Source: Yuukianura sp. NJ FZ-2021 (Eukaryota). Taken from it: DNA of 64,000 nt. Location of the stretch: the NCBI GenBank assembly GCA_046563655.1, contig CM102286.1, forward strand, positions 1,860,001 to 1,924,000, in the 5' to 3' direction. The translations under genes were made by a program, and so were the position numbers. Below, piece by piece: positions 12,172 through 26,182 of this stretch (the stretch's first letter is position 1; every line of letters begins with the position of its first letter). The notes below the pieces were generated by a model. It saw nothing but the letters and a program-made list of their open reading frames with translations, was not told the origin of the DNA and searched no databases.

Positions 12172-13453
12172 TTAGAAAGTGATGATTAGTTTGACCAAAA
12201 TTTTGCCAACGACGTTTTTGAGTATTGATGGAAAAGATTTGCGTTGGATATAGTAGGAGTTGCCCATTTTAAAGCGTAGTGAAGGACACGACCTTCGAAA
12301 TTGTGGACTCAGCAAGTGACGGTGACATTTCGGAAATTTGGCTGAAAATGCTGCAGTGTCTGACCAAATTTCCATGCTAAAGAAATAGATGAAGAATATT
12401 GACATTATCGTACTGGCCAAAAATGACTGTAAGTAGAACATGTCATGATGCCATAATTTTATGAGGGAGTAACTAGCTAGGATTAGAATTGACATTTGCA
12501 ATATTTGGAGCACCGGCATAAATGTTTCAGCGATTTGCACAATCTCTGCATGGAGTAACTGAATGCAACGGTAGAACAGTTCCGAATCCAGCAACGAAGT
12601 TGTTTTTTCCAAACGCACGCTTTAACAAAAAAAAAGTTATGATTTTTTTTTGAAAAAATAATTTGAAATTTTTCTTTGTATTTCGCACTAATTTCTTACT
12701 TTTTGTTTCTTATTTTGAGCCAATTGTTTAAGCATTTCAGCGCGAAAATTGCAATTCCAGCGAACAAATTTCCGTAAGCCCACAAAATCCAAACGGAACT
12801 CGAGAATGCAACTACGAACAACTCTTGATTCAAGTGACAAAAATTTAGCGTCCAACGAAAATTTTCCATCAAAATCCAATCCGTGTTGAAGCAAAATCGA
12901 AATGCAAGGAAAATTATGAGTGGCGAAAACAAGATATTTGCTGCAAACATCATAAGTAAATGTTCGGTTCCATCCTTCTCTGGTGAGTTTTGACTAAATT
13001 TTTGTTCTAAAATTTGGAAAGGAAATGTTAAAAAAATTCGGTTACTGACTAAATTACGTTCGTTACGCCGTACAACTTACGGAAAAGTTTATTGAACGTC
13101 AACACCTTGTTAGTAAATTTGACGCAATTGTCGACTTGTCCCAAATTATAGTGTGCCGATGCAATTTCAAGTAGAGCTACACAAAGGAGTAACAAAGTAG
13201 CAAATACTTGCTCAATCGGTGGTTTAGTAACAATGCAAATTGCTAACAATGTAGCTACTGTTGCAGTAATTACTGGCAATGCAAGACACAAAATAAGTTT
13301 CCAAATTGGGACTGGAAAGTACTGCCAAGTACTTTTAGTCACTTGGAACTCAGGTGGATTCGTTTTGGAATTCAGAGAAAATGGAAGGAAGTAAAGAATA
13401 TATCCGGTGCTAAGCCCAGATTTCAAAATTTCAAAAGTTTTTGCTGAAATCAT
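12172..13453 (-). CDS. Seven-TM GR/OR-superfamily-like receptor, copy 2; exons 13453-13081, 13006-12700, 12619-12172
   Basis: Paralog with 373/307/448-nt exons, intact frame. Confidence 0.8.
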
Positions 13454-13980
13454 AATTTTGGTTTTGAGTGGAAAATATTGATTTAAAAAAAAATTGTGTT
13501 GAACGTTCGAAACAAGAAATTGAACTGCTAGTTTTCTGGAAAAATTTCCATCCAGGTTTTGGTTAGCTGTCTTAAATTATATTTGTCTTCTTATTTGATT
13601 TTGTTTCCGTTTATACAACTAGAGATAACTGGTTGGATTGATCAATTTTTCATGATAATTTTGAACTAGAAAATTTGAAACTATGCTTTAAAGTGGGTTT
13701 GTCAGCAGAATCTGTTTGTTGAAACATTTGAAGTCCACAGCCGCTGGAAAGGCTAACGCAGTTATTTTCAGTTTCGAAATTCAGTTTTTTGTAAATTCAA
13801 AACAAGGCCCATGGCTTAAACAAATATGTACTATTATAGTTAATGGTCAGTGAAATATTTTTGAAAACATGAACACAAAGTATAATTTTCAAAATTCGCT
13901 TTGTTAAAATTTTGCTTGTTGTATTCTGCAAAAGAGAATCACATGAAATTTATTGAATTTTTGCAGTATAAAAATTGTGT

Positions 13981-15237
13981 TTAAAATGTGATGATTAATT
14001 TGACCAAAATTTTGCCAAATACGTTTTTGATTATTGAAGGAAAGGATTTGCGTTGGATATAGTAGGAGTTGCCCATTTTAAAGCGTAGTGAAGGACACGA
14101 CCTTCGAAATTGTGGACTCAGCAAGTGACGGTGACATTTCGGAAATTTGGCTGAAAATGTTGCAATGTCTGAAAAAAGTTCCATACTGTAGTAGTAAATT
14201 GTGAATATGGAAATAATCAATATGACCAGAAATGACTGTAAGTAGAACATGTCGTGATGCCATAAATTTATGAAAGAGTAACTAGCTAGGATTAGAATTG
14301 ACATTCCCACGATTTGGACTACCGGCATGATAGTTTGTGTGATATACAATATCTCCCCATGCAGTAACTGAACGCAACGGTAGAACAGTTCCGAATCCAA
14401 CACCGAAGTTGACTGTTCCAAACGTACGCTGCAACAAACAAAAAAGTTATAACTTTTTGAAAGTTTTCTTTGGATTTCTTGATAATTTTTTACTTTTTGT
14501 TTCTTATTTTCAACCAATTGTTGATGCACTTTGTTGACACAATTAAAATTCCTGCAAACAAGTTTCCGTAAGCCCACACAATCCAAACGGAACTCGAGAA
14601 TGCAACCACGAACAACTCTTGATTCAAGTGACAAAAATTTAGCGTCCAACGAAAATTTTCCATCAAAATCCAATCCATGTTGAAGAAAATTCGAAATGCA
14701 AGGTAAACTATTTGTGGCGAAAACAAAATACTTGCGGCCAACATCATCAGTAAATGCTCAGTTCCATCTTTTTCTGGCGGCTTTTGACCAAATTTTTGTT
14801 CTAAAAATTGAAAAACAATTTTAGAAATCTCCAACGATCTCGTTAGTTAGTCTATGCAACTTACGGAAAAGTTCATTGAACTCCAGCACCTTGTTAGTAA
14901 ATTTGCAACAATTCTCTACTTGTGTCAACATATAGTGTGCCGATGTAATTTGAAGCAGAGTTCCACAGAAGACTAACAAAGTAGCAAATACTTGCTCAAT
15001 CGGTGGTTTAGTAACAATGCAAATTGCGAACAATGTAGCTGCTGTTGCATTAAGTACTGTCAAAGCAGGACACAAAAGCATTTTCCAAATTGGGACTGGA
15101 AAATACTTCCAAGTACTTTTAGTCGCTTGGAGCTCAAGTGGATTCGTTTTGGAATTCAGAGAAAATGGGAGCAAGTGAAGAATATATCCTGTGTTAGGCA
15201 CAGATTTCAAAATTTCAAAAGTTTTTGTTGAAATCAT
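13981..15237 (-). CDS. Seven-TM GR/OR-superfamily-like receptor, copy 3; exons 15237-14865, 14800-14494, 14428-13981
   Basis: Paralog with 373/307/448-nt exons, intact frame. Confidence 0.8.
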
Positions 15238-15823
15238 AATTTGGTTATGAATAGAAAATATTTGATTTTTTAAAACTAAGGAAAAATTGTGTTGAGCATT
15301 CGAAACTAGAAATTAAACTGGTCGTTTTCTGGAAAAATTTTCCATTCAGGTTTTGGCTAGATGTCTTAAATTATATTTGTCTTGTTTTTCGATTTTATTT
15401 TCTTTTTATCACCGAGACATCTCCTTGGATTGATGAATTTTTCATGATTACTTTGAAGTAGAATACAATGGTTTGAAGTAGAAAATTTGAAACTATGCTT
15501 TCTAATGGGTATAGTAGCTGATCATTATCCAAATATGTTTGTCAGAAGAAATTGTTTATCGCAACATTTGAGAAGTAGGCGAAAGCTGCTGAAAAAGTAA
15601 GAATAGCAACTTTCAGTTTTGAAATTCCTTTGTTTTTGAATTTGTGCGTTCAAAACAAATGCCTTAAACAAATATGTACCACAGTTAGTGGTCTGTAAAC
15701 AATTTATGAAAATATATGAAAACAAAATAATTTTCAGAGTTCGCTTTGTTGAAGCTTCTCTTTGCAAAAGAGTATCACTTTATCACTGACATTTATTGAA
15801 TTTTTTCTGTTTAAAAATTGTGT

Positions 15824-17111
15824 TCAAAAAGTGATGATTAATTTGACCAAAATTTTGCCGAAGACGTTTTTGATTATTGAAGGAAAGGATTTGCGTTGGA
15901 TATAGTAGGAGTTGCCCATTTTCCATCGCAGTGGAGGACACGACCTTCGAAATTGTGGACTCAGCAAGTGACGGTGACATTTTGGAAATTTGGCTGAAAA
16001 TGTTGCAGTGTCCGAAAAAAGTTCCATACTGTAGTAGTAGAATACGAATATTGAAATGGTCAAGATGACCAGATATGACTGAAAGTAGAACATGTCATGA
16101 TGCCATAACTTTATAAGGGAGTAACTAGCTAAGATTATAATTGACATTGACACGACTTGAGCCACCGGTATGACAGTGTCAGAAATACGAACAATTTCTC
16201 CATGCAGCAACTGAACGCAGCGGTAGAACAGTTCCGAGTCCATCACCGAAGTTGAATTTTCCAAACGGGCGCTACAGCAAAAAAAGATATTAGTCCTGAT
16301 TTTCAGAAAATGTTGAAAATGAAATGCTGGAAACAATTTTTTGACAACAAATTCATGAAATTCTTACTTTCTATTTCTTATTTCCAGCCAATTGTTTAAA
16401 CACTTTACTGCCACAATTGCAACTCCGCCAGTCAAAAAGCCGTGACCCCACGAAATCCAAATGGAACTGGAAAGTGCAACTGCAAACAAATTGTAATTCA
16501 CGTGACAAAAATTTAGCGTCCAACGAAAATTTTGCATCAAAATCCAATCCATGCCAAAGAAAATTTTAGCTCCAGGGTAAAGTATGATTGGCAAAAACAA
16601 AAGACTTGTTGCCACCATCATCAGTAGATTTTCGGCTCCATCTCGTTTAGGTGCTTCTTGACTAAATTTTTGTTCTACAAATTGAGAAACTTTTAAAATA
16701 TGTTTTAGCGATTATGACTGTTAGGCTAAGGTACTTACTGAAAGATTCATTGAACTCAAGCACTTTGTTTATAAATTTGACACAATTTTCAACTTCTGTC
16801 AAAAGAAAATGTGTCATTGCAATTTGAAATATAACGCCACCAAGTAGTAACAGGACAGTAAATACTTGTTCTACTGGAGGTTTGGTCCAAGCACAAATTG
16901 CAAATAAATTTACCAATATTGACGTAGTTACAGTGCCTGCAGCACACACGCCAATTCTCCAAATTGGGACAGGAAAATATTTGCAAGTACTTTTAGTAAC
17001 TTTGAGTTCAGGGGGATTCTTTTTGGAATTTATATATGCTGGAAATAACTGGAAACTATATTTGGTGTTAAGCACAAATTTCAAAATTTCGAAAGTTTTT
17101 GCTGAAATCAT
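15824..17111 (-). CDS. Seven-TM GR/OR-superfamily-like receptor, copy 4; exons 17111-16739, 16674-16368, 16271-15824
   Basis: Paralog with 373/307/448-nt exons, intact frame. Confidence 0.8.
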
Positions 17112-17693
17112 AATTGCGATTCTAAAAAGAAAGGAGTTGAATTTTGTAAGCACAAATACCTTGTGCTGAGGACTTGAAATGGGAAGGTTAACTGATGCTT
17201 TCTAGCCAAATTTTTGATCCAGTTTTTGCTTAGATGTGTTAGATTATTTAAATGTTTTTGTCTCTTTTTGAAACCGAATTCTTGGTGATTAATTTATAAT
17301 TCTTAAGATTCTTTTGCGGTAAATTTTTTGAAATTTGGTATCAAAGGGGCGTTAAATGAAAAATAGCCAAACATTTATGGCACTCAGAATACATTTTATG
17401 TCGAAAATATTAACAATTTAAGCAGGAAGAAAGCCACTTAAAAAGCATATTATAACAACAAATAGCATTTAGCTTCGAAAGAATTCTTGCAAAAATAATG
17501 AATTCAGCATAAGCATCAAGGTCGAGCACATATCAACCACAATAGTTCAAATTAATGACCAATTTAACAATTTTTTTTAAAAAAAGAAAACACATAAAGC
17601 AACAAATTTTTCAAAATGCGCTTTCGTTAGACGAGTAGAACCATTAAAGACTGTTAATGATTTGATTTTTTTTTTGCTGGTAGAATGTTGGGT

Positions 17694-19017
17694 TTAAAAA
17701 GTGATGATTAATTTGACCAAAATTTTGCCGACGACGTTTTTGATTATTGAAGGAAAAGATTTGCGTTGGATATAGTAGGAGTTGCCCATTTTCCATCGCA
17801 GTGGAGGACACGACCTTCGAAATTGTGGACTCAGCAAGTGACGGTGACATTTCGGAAATTTGGCTGAAAATGTTGCAATGTCTGAAAAAAGTTGCATACT
17901 GTAGTAGTAGAATATAAATATTGAAATCATGATGATGACCAGAAATAACTGCAAGTAGAATATGTCATGACGCCATAACTTTATGAGGGTGTAACTAGCT
18001 AGGATTAGAATTGAAATTCCCACGATTTGGACTACCGGCATGACAGTTCCAGTGATTTGAATAATTTCTTCATGCAGCAACTGAACGCAACGGTAGAACA
18101 GTTCCGAATCTAACACAGAAGTTGAATTTTCCAAACGGACACTGAAGCAAAAAAGAATAATAAAAATTTGTTGGAACTATTTTTGGATTTTATAAGGGAA
18201 AGAGCAATTATTTTTCTCACTTTGGAATTTCATTGTAAATTGCGAATTGTGTTATTTCTTACTTTCTGTTTCTGATTTCCAACCAATTGTTCAGACACTT
18301 TATTGCAAGAATTGCAACTCCGCCAGTCAAACTTGCTTGACCCCACATAATCCAAATGGAACTGGAAAGTGAAACTACAAACAAATTTTGATTCAAATGA
18401 CAAAAATTTAGTGTCCAACGAAAATTTTTCATCAAAATCCAATCCATGTCAAAGAAAATTTTAAGTCCAGGATAAAGTATGATTGGCAAAAACAAGAAAC
18501 TTGTTGCCAGCATCATCAGTAGAGTTTCAGTTCCATCTTTTTTAGGTGCTTCTTGACTAAATTTTTGTTCTAAAAATCGAAAAAAAAAATTAAAAACTTT
18601 CTTTAATAGCTTTTAGCTATCGTATTAGTTAGGCTTAACAGACTTACTAAAAGACTCATTGAACTGTAGCACTTTGTTTACAAATTTGAAACAACCTTCC
18701 ACTTCTGTCAAAAGAAAAAGTGTCACTGCAATTTGAAGTACAACGCCGCAAAACAGTAGCAAGACTGCAAATACTTGTTCCACTGGAGGTTTGCTCCAAG
18801 CACAAATGGCGAGTGAATTGGCTAATGTTAAAGTGGTTACTGTCCCTGCAGCACACAAAGCAATTCTCCAAAGTGGAACTGGAAAATATTTGCAAGCACT
18901 TTTAGTAACTTCGAATTCAGGAGGATTCTTGGAATTTATATATGCTGGAAATAACTGGCAAGTATATTTGGCGTTAAGCACAAATTTCAAAATTTCGAAA
19001 GTTTTTCCCGAAATCAT
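17694..19017 (-). CDS. Seven-TM GR/OR-superfamily-like receptor, copy 5; exons 19017-18648, 18569-18263, 18141-17694
   Basis: Paralog with 370/307/448-nt exons (one-codon deletion), intact frame. Confidence 0.8.
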
Positions 19018-19495
19018 TTTTTTTATTCTAATGAAAACGGATTGAAAAAGGATGAAGAACAGGAATAAACCTTGTCGTGGACTGAAAACGGAAAGTCTAG
19101 CTGATGCTTTCCAAAAAAATAATTGAGCCCACTTTTTTCTTCAAACCGAATTCATGGCGGTTTATAATTTATATTTTATTTATAATTCTTAAGTTCTCCG
19201 CATACAGTAAAGTTTTTGAAATTTTGTATGGAAAGGCTTGTATAAAAGTTAGGCAAGCGTGTATGGCTGTTAAAATCAATTTTATGTCGAAAATATTAAA
19301 AATTTGAGGAAAATAAAAGCCTTTTGAAAAGCACTTACACAACAAAAGTACTTTTACTTTGGCGGAAATCTTTCCAAAATTTATGAGTTCAGCATAAGGT
19401 GGGACCAATGCACGCCATTAGATCAGAAAATTTGGTCAGCAGAAAAGATCTAAGCAGAAAAATGGTAAGCCAGAAAGAAAGAGGCATTATATTTA

Positions 19496-20233
19496 GGTTC
19501 CATGCCATTGCTCCGAATTTATTGGTCCGAAGCGTAATGCTACGAATGAATTACTACGAAACCATTTGCTCCGAAACGTACTTTGCTCCGAATAATACTT
19601 TGCTCCGAAGCAGCGTTGCTCCGAAACCAATTGCTCCGAGCGGTACACTGCTCCGAAAGATTATTTTCTCCGAAAGCCTATTTTCTCCGAAAGATTATTT
19701 TCTCCGAAAGCCTATTTTCTCCGAAAGATTATTTTCTCCGAAAGATTATTTTCTCCGAAAGATTATTTTCTCCGAAAGATTATTGGGTAAATTACAGTTA
19801 TCCGTCCAGTGTTAGTGAAGTGAGCAAACCCCAACCAAACCTAAGCAGAAACCCTCGAGACGTAATCAGTATTGCGAACTTTTAAAAAACCTAACACCGC
19901 GCCTTCGGCGCGGAACCATTAAAGCGAATTCACTTGCAATACTTTGCTTATCTTCCTCCGCTTTTCAAATCTGGACGGGTAACTGCAAGTCAATCAATAA
20001 TCTTTCGGCGAAAATAATCTTTCGGAGAAAATAGGCTTTCGGAGAAAATAGGCTTTCGGAGAAAATAATCTTTCGGAGCAGTGTACCATTCGGAGCAATT
20101 GGTTTCGGGGCAATGCTGTTTCGGAGCAAAGTACCATTCGGAGCAAAGTGCGTTTCGGAGCAAATGGTTTCGTAGAAATTCATTCGTAGCATTGCTCTTC
20201 GGACCAATTCATTCGGAGCAATGGCGTGCTACC
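19496..20233. mobile_element. Foldback/Mutator-like non-autonomous element (MITE) with long TIRs and 10-bp TSD
   Basis: Left end ggttccatgccattgctccgaat is the inverse of right end attcggagcaatggcgtgctacc. Arms of about 270-310 bp are built of 20-bp ctccgaaagattattttct subrepeats. Direct repeat attatattta at 19486-19495 and 20234-20243. Confidence 0.9.
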
Positions 20234-20492
20234 ATTATATTTAGGTAAGAAATACGATTATGAAAGCAATATTTATAGTTAAGGTAATATTTAAGTTACG
20301 TTAGTTTAGGTATAATTTGTACTTATCTAGCTATATCAACCATAATGTTCAAATTAGTTGGCGAATTTAACACTTTCTGTTAAGAATGAAAAACACATAA
20401 AGCAACATACTTTCAAACAGGGCTTTTTAGATTTTGTTTCCAAAAATCTTTACGGGCGAGTTTTGTTGTTTTTCGCTGTTGAAAGACATTGT

Positions 20493-20542
20493 TTAAAAAG
20501 TGATGATTAATTTGACCAAAATTTTGCCGACGACATTTTTGA
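20493..20542 (-). repeat. Orphan duplicate of the last ~16 codons of a receptor gene (IKNVVGKILVKLIITF*)
   Basis: Near-identical to the 3' end of the array genes; lies about 40 bp downstream of the copy 6 stop codon. Confidence 0.8.
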
Positions 20543-20584
20543 TTTTTGCTTTTTGTAAAAGAAGGAAGAATTCTTCTCGTATAT

Positions 20585-21910
20585 TTAAAAAGTGATGATT
20601 AATTTGACCAAAATTTTGCCAAATACGTTTTTGAGTATCGACGGGAAAGATTTGCGTTGGATATAGTAGGAGTTGCCCATTTTCCATCGCAGTGGAGGGC
20701 ACGACCTTCGAAATTCTGGACTCAGTATGTGACGGTGACATTTCGGAAATTTGGCTGAAAATGTTGCGGTGTCTGAAAATAGCTCCATAGTGTAGTAGTA
20801 GAGTACGAATAATGAAATCATCATGCTGAGCATAAATGACTTGAAGTAGAAGATGTCATGATGCCATAATTTTATGAGGGTGTAACTAGCCAGGATTAGA
20901 ATTGACATTACCGTGACTTGGATCACAGGCAATACAGTTTCTGTGATCTGCACAGCCTCTCCATGCAGCAACTGAACGCAACGGTAGAAAAGTTCCGAAT
21001 CCAACACCGAAGTTGAGCTTTCCAAACCGACGCTGTAGCAAACAACAAAAAAGTATAATTTTTTGAAATTTTTCTTTGTATTTCGCTATAATTTCTTACT
21101 TTCTGTTTCTTATTTTCAACCAACTGTTTAAGCATTTCAATGCGACAATTGCAATTCCGGCGAACAAATTTGCGTAAGCCCACACAATCCAAATGGAACT
21201 CGAGAATGCAACGACGAACAACTCTTGATTCAAGTGACAAAAATTTAGTGTCAAACGAAAATTTTCCATCAAAATCCAATCCATGTTGAAGAAAATTCGA
21301 AATGCCAGGAAAACTATTGGTGGCGACAACAAAATACTTCCTGCCAACATCATCAGTAAATGCTCTGTTCCATCTTTCACTGGCGGCTTTTGATCAAATC
21401 TTTGTTCTAAAAATTTAAACAATTTAAAACATCTTTTACCTAAACCATTAGTTATGGCTTGTAACTTACAAAAAAGATATTGAAAACTTTCAATTTTGTT
21501 TCTTTTTTAACATGTTAGCACTCATACAACTTACTGAATGATTCATTGAACTCCAACATATTGTTAGTAAATTTGACACAATTTTCCACTTGGGTCAAAA
21601 TATAATGTGCTACTCCAATTTGAAGTAGAACTGTGCAAATGAGTAATAAGGTTGCAAATACTTGATCAACCGGCGGTTTAGTAACAATGCAAATTGCGAA
21701 CAAGCTAATTGGCGTAGCAAGAAGTACTGGCAATGCAGGACACAAAATCAATTTCCAAACCGGAACTGGAAAGTACTTCCAAGTACTTTTCGTTACATGT
21801 AGTTCAAGTGGATTCTTTTTTGAATTTACATAGACTACTGGAAACAAACGAAAAGTATACCTTGTGTTAAGCACAGATTTAAAGATTTCAAAAGTTTTTG
21901 CTGAAATCAT
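20585..21910 (-). CDS. Seven-TM GR/OR-superfamily-like receptor, copy 6; exons 21910-21535, 21406-21100, 21032-20585
   Basis: Paralog with 376/307/448-nt exons, intact frame. Confidence 0.8.
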
Positions 21911-22453
21911 AATTTTGGTTTTGACTAGAAAGAATTTGAAAAGAAAAAGAGTTATGCTGAGCAATTGAAACGGGAAATCAAACTGCTAGCTTTCTACAAA
22001 AATTACCCATCCAGTTTTAGATCAATTGCCTTAAATTATTTTGGTTTTTATTTTGAGTTTTTGCTTAGAACGGAGAAAACGCCTATTATTCATTTAAATT
22101 TTTCAGGAATACAAAGAGCTAAAGAAATTGAAATTTTGTTTTAAAGCGGGCATAAATGATCATTAGACAAGTATTTTTGTCAGCAGAAATTTTTTATAGA
22201 ACCGTTCGAGAAGTGGAGAGCTCTTGAAAAATTCACAATCACTATTAAGTTTCGATTTTTTTTTGTAAAATTTTTGAATTCAGAGCAAAGTTCATCCGTT
22301 AAACAAATATGTACCATTATAGTAATGGTCTGTGAACATTTTTTGAAAATATGAAAACAAAATAATTTTCTAAATCCGATTTGTTAAAACTGGTCGTTAC
22401 AAAAGAAAATCACTGATGAGATGACATTTAATAAATTTTGTTGCTATTTGTGT

Positions 22454-23727
22454 TCAAAAGGTGATGATTAACTTGATCAAAATTTTGCCAAAGACGTTTT
22501 TAAGTATTGATGGGAAAGTTTGACGTTGGATATAGTAGGAGTTGCCCATTTTCCATCGCAGTGGAGGACACGACCTTCGAAATTGTGGACTCAGCAAGTG
22601 ACGGTGACATTTTGGAAATTTGGCTGAAAATGTTGCAGTGTCTGAAAAAAGTTCCATACTGTAGAAGTAGAATACGAATATTGAAATGTTCATGTTGACC
22701 AGCATTGACTTGAAGTAGAACATATCATGATGCCATAATTTTATGAGGGAGTAACTAGCTAGGATCAAGCTTGACATTCCCACGACCTGGACCACAGGCA
22801 CAATAGTTTCAGTGATGTGCAAGATCTGAGCATGGAGTAACTGAACGCAACGGTAGAAAAGTTCAGAATCCAAGACGAAAGTTGAATTTTCCAAACGCAC
22901 GCTACAACAAAAAAATATGAAAAAAAATCAAGAAATAACTTTTTTGAAACTTTTCTGTTTGATTTCGTAATAATTTCTTACTTTCTGTTTCTTATTTTGA
23001 GCCAATTATTTAAGCATTTCAATGCGACAATTGCAATTCCGCCAAACAAATTTCCGTAAGCCCATACAATCCACACGGAACTCGAGAATGCAACTACGAA
23101 CAACTCTTGATTCAAGTGACAAAAATTTAGCGTCCAACGAAAATTTTCCATCAAAATCCAATCCATGTTGAAGAAGATTCGAAATGCCAGAAAAACTATT
23201 GGTGGCGAAAACAAAATACTTCCAGTCAACATCATCAGTAAATGCTCAGTTCCATCTTTTACTGGGGGCTTTTGGTCAAATTTTTGTTCTAAAAATTGAG
23301 AAACAATTTTAAAAAATCTCTCAACGTTGTCATTAGTTAAACTTTGCCACTTACCGAAAAGTTCATTGAACTCCAGCACCTTGTTAGTAAATTTGCAACA
23401 ATTCTCTGCTTGTGTCAAAATATAATGTGCAGCTCCAATTTGAAGTAGAGCTGTACAAAGGAGTAACAAGGTAGCAAATACTTGCTCAACTGGTGGTTTA
23501 CTATTAACGCAAATTGCGAACAAGCTAACTAATGTTGCCATAGATACTGGCAATGCAGAGCACAGAATCATTTTCCAAATTGGAATTGGAAAATACTTGT
23601 AAGTACTTTTTGTAACAAGGAGTTCAAGTTTAGCTTTTTTGGGATTAACATAGACTGGAAGCAAACGAAAAGTGTATCCTGTGTGAAGCACAGATTTCAA
23701 AATTTCAAAAGTTTTTGCTGAAATCAT
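22454..23727 (-). CDS. Seven-TM GR/OR-superfamily-like receptor, copy 7; exons 23727-23355, 23288-22982, 22901-22454
   Basis: Paralog with 373/307/448-nt exons; intron 1 is 66 nt and stop-free. Confidence 0.8.
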
Positions 23728-24454
23728 AATTTTGGTTTTAGTAGAAATGACTTGATTTTTTATGGAATGGAGAACTTGTGTTGAGCAAACGGAAAATTTA
23801 ACTTAAGTTTTCTGGAAAAATGTAGTTCTGTTTTCTTTAGCTTGGATGTCTTAAATTACAGTTGTTTTTGTTCATTCTTTTGTTTTAAATCGACTCGACA
23901 CAACTCCGGGATAATTTTACAGTTTTTCCGCTTACTACGTAGTATTACAATTTGAAATTTTGTTGTAAAGCGGACAAAAGTGATCATTGTACAACTGTTT
24001 ATGATGCCAAAATTTCTTTAAAAGCTTTTGAGTAGCGGAAGTCCGCTGAAAAAGTGACTTAACCCACTTTCAATTTCGAATGTTGAAAAATTTATGAATC
24101 CAGAACAACGACAACGTCAATGCATTAGGACTACATCAACCATTAGAGGTAATAGTCACTGGAATTTTTTTTTCAATTTTTTTTGAAGGACAAAAAAAGC
24201 AACGTATTTTAGTTAAAGTTAAAAAAAAATAATAGCACCTTCCAAAGGCGGATTGAGGAACGGAGAAGGGATGAGTAGGGTTACGTTAAATTATATTGTG
24301 TATAAGCAGTTTTGCTGCGAAAAGCTTGCTGGGGCGCCGCCCGAGGCGCCGTTACAATCTTTAAATCCGTTAAATCCCCGTTACAAAAGAAAATGGGAAC
24401 CCTTGATTTTCATTGAATTGTAATTTTAATTAATTTTTCGGTGCTAAATTGTGT

Positions 24455-25724
24455 TTAAAAAGTGATGATTAATTTGACCAAAATTTTGCCGACGACGTTT
24501 TTGAGTATTGATGGAAAAGATTTGCGTTGAATATAGTAGGAGTTGCACATTTTCCATCGCAGTGGAGGACACGATTTCCGAAATTGTGGACTCAGCAAGT
24601 GACGGTGACATTTCGGAAAGTTGGCTGAAAATGTTGCCATGTCAGACCATAGTTCCATGCAGTAGAAATAGACCATGAATATTGTAGTGGCTATAATGAC
24701 TATGAGTGAGTGGAAAAAGATCATTTCGTGGTGGGGTAATGTGAGAAGGGCGTAACTAGCTAAAATAATTATAGACATTGACACAATTTGGAGCACTGGA
24801 ACGACAGTTGAACTGATCTGGACAACCTCGGCATGGAGTAATTGCAGGCAGCGATAGAACAGTTCCGAGTCCAACTGCGAAGTATTTGTTTCTAGACGGA
24901 CACTACAAGAAAAATTTCAGAAAACTTTTCAATTTTTTTTGCCTTTTTTATATATGTAATTTGTTTTGCTTACTTTATGTTTCTGATTTTCAGCCAATTG
25001 TTTAGGCACTTGTTCGCCACAATTGACAACCCACAAAACACATGTGCATGGCCCCATGCAATCGATGTGGAAATGGAAAGTACAACAACGAACAAATCTT
25101 GATTAAAGTGACAAAAATTTAGCGTCAAACGAAAATTTTTCATCAAAATCCAATCTGCATCAAAGAAAATTCGAATTCCTGGTAAGAATACAAATGGTGA
25201 ACATAAGAAACCGATTGCCAGCGTCATCAGTATTGCTTCATTTCCATCTTTCTCGGGCTGCTTTTCATTAAATTTTTTGCCTAAAGAGATTACAAATTCT
25301 TATAAAAAAAACTTGAAATGTGTCAGTTTATGTCAAGTTTTGTTAATTTACCAAAAACTTCATTGAACTCCAGAACATTGTTGATAAATTTTGCGCCATT
25401 TTGGATTCGAGTCAAGAGAAAGTGTGCAATTGCAAATTCATTTATGGTGACGCAGAGAAGCAGTAAAGTGCTGAATACTTGTTCAATTGGTGGTTTGTTC
25501 ACAGCACAAATTGCGAGTAAACTGACCAACGTTGCAATAGGTACTGCCCCTGCAGCACACAAAACAACTTTCCAGAGCGGAACTGGCAAGTACTTGTATA
25601 TACTGTTCGACACTTGGATTTCAATTTGACTCTTTTTGGAATCAATATAGAATGGAAGTAAGTTAAAAGAGTATTTTGGGTTCAACAGAACTTTCAAGAT
25701 TTGAAACGTTTTGGCTGAAATCAT
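24455..25724 (-). CDS. Seven-TM GR/OR-superfamily-like receptor, copy 8; exons 25724-25352, 25280-24974, 24902-24455
   Basis: Paralog with 373/307/448-nt exons, intact frame. Confidence 0.8.
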
Positions 25725-26182
25725 AGTTTTGCTTTTAATCCGAATTTTAAAAACAACAGAAGTTGCTCTGAACAATGTAAATGAAGAATGTGACTGTTCG
25801 CCTTTGAAGACAAAAAAGTTCCGTGAGTATTTTCGCTTAAGTTTAAATTACTTCTGTTTCTCCCTTGTTTTTGAAATGGAGATCTACATTAGACCGAAAC
25901 TCTCGACGATTTAATGAAATTTTGAATCTAAACGGTCTTATATGGTATGTTGATGAGTTTAGTTCCGAGGGATTCCTAATTTCTAAACCAATAAAAATTT
26001 CATGAAAGTCGTTTGAGAAAGACAACAACAAAAGCCTTTCACTTTTGAAGGATTTTGTAAAGTTATGAATTCAGAACAAAGTCCATTAATTAAACAAACA
26101 ATTTTTCTTGTTCGTGAAAAACTAAAGAACTATTTCTGAAAATAAGTTTGACAAAAAATCCTAATGCAAATTTTCGTTAATT

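Noticed and set aside
19399..20207. Repetitive ORFs (FSPKDYFLRKII...) and regularly spaced 20-bp repeats that could suggest a CRISPR array or repeat protein
   Set aside because: The repeats are contiguous without unique spacers, occur as inverted arms bounded by a TSD, and lie in a eukaryotic context; the ORFs are by-products of the foldback element.
24230..24400. GC-rich fragment with a ggcgcc..ggcgcc hairpin in the intergenic region between copies 7 and 8
   Set aside because: Probably a small TE remnant, but the boundaries cannot be defined.
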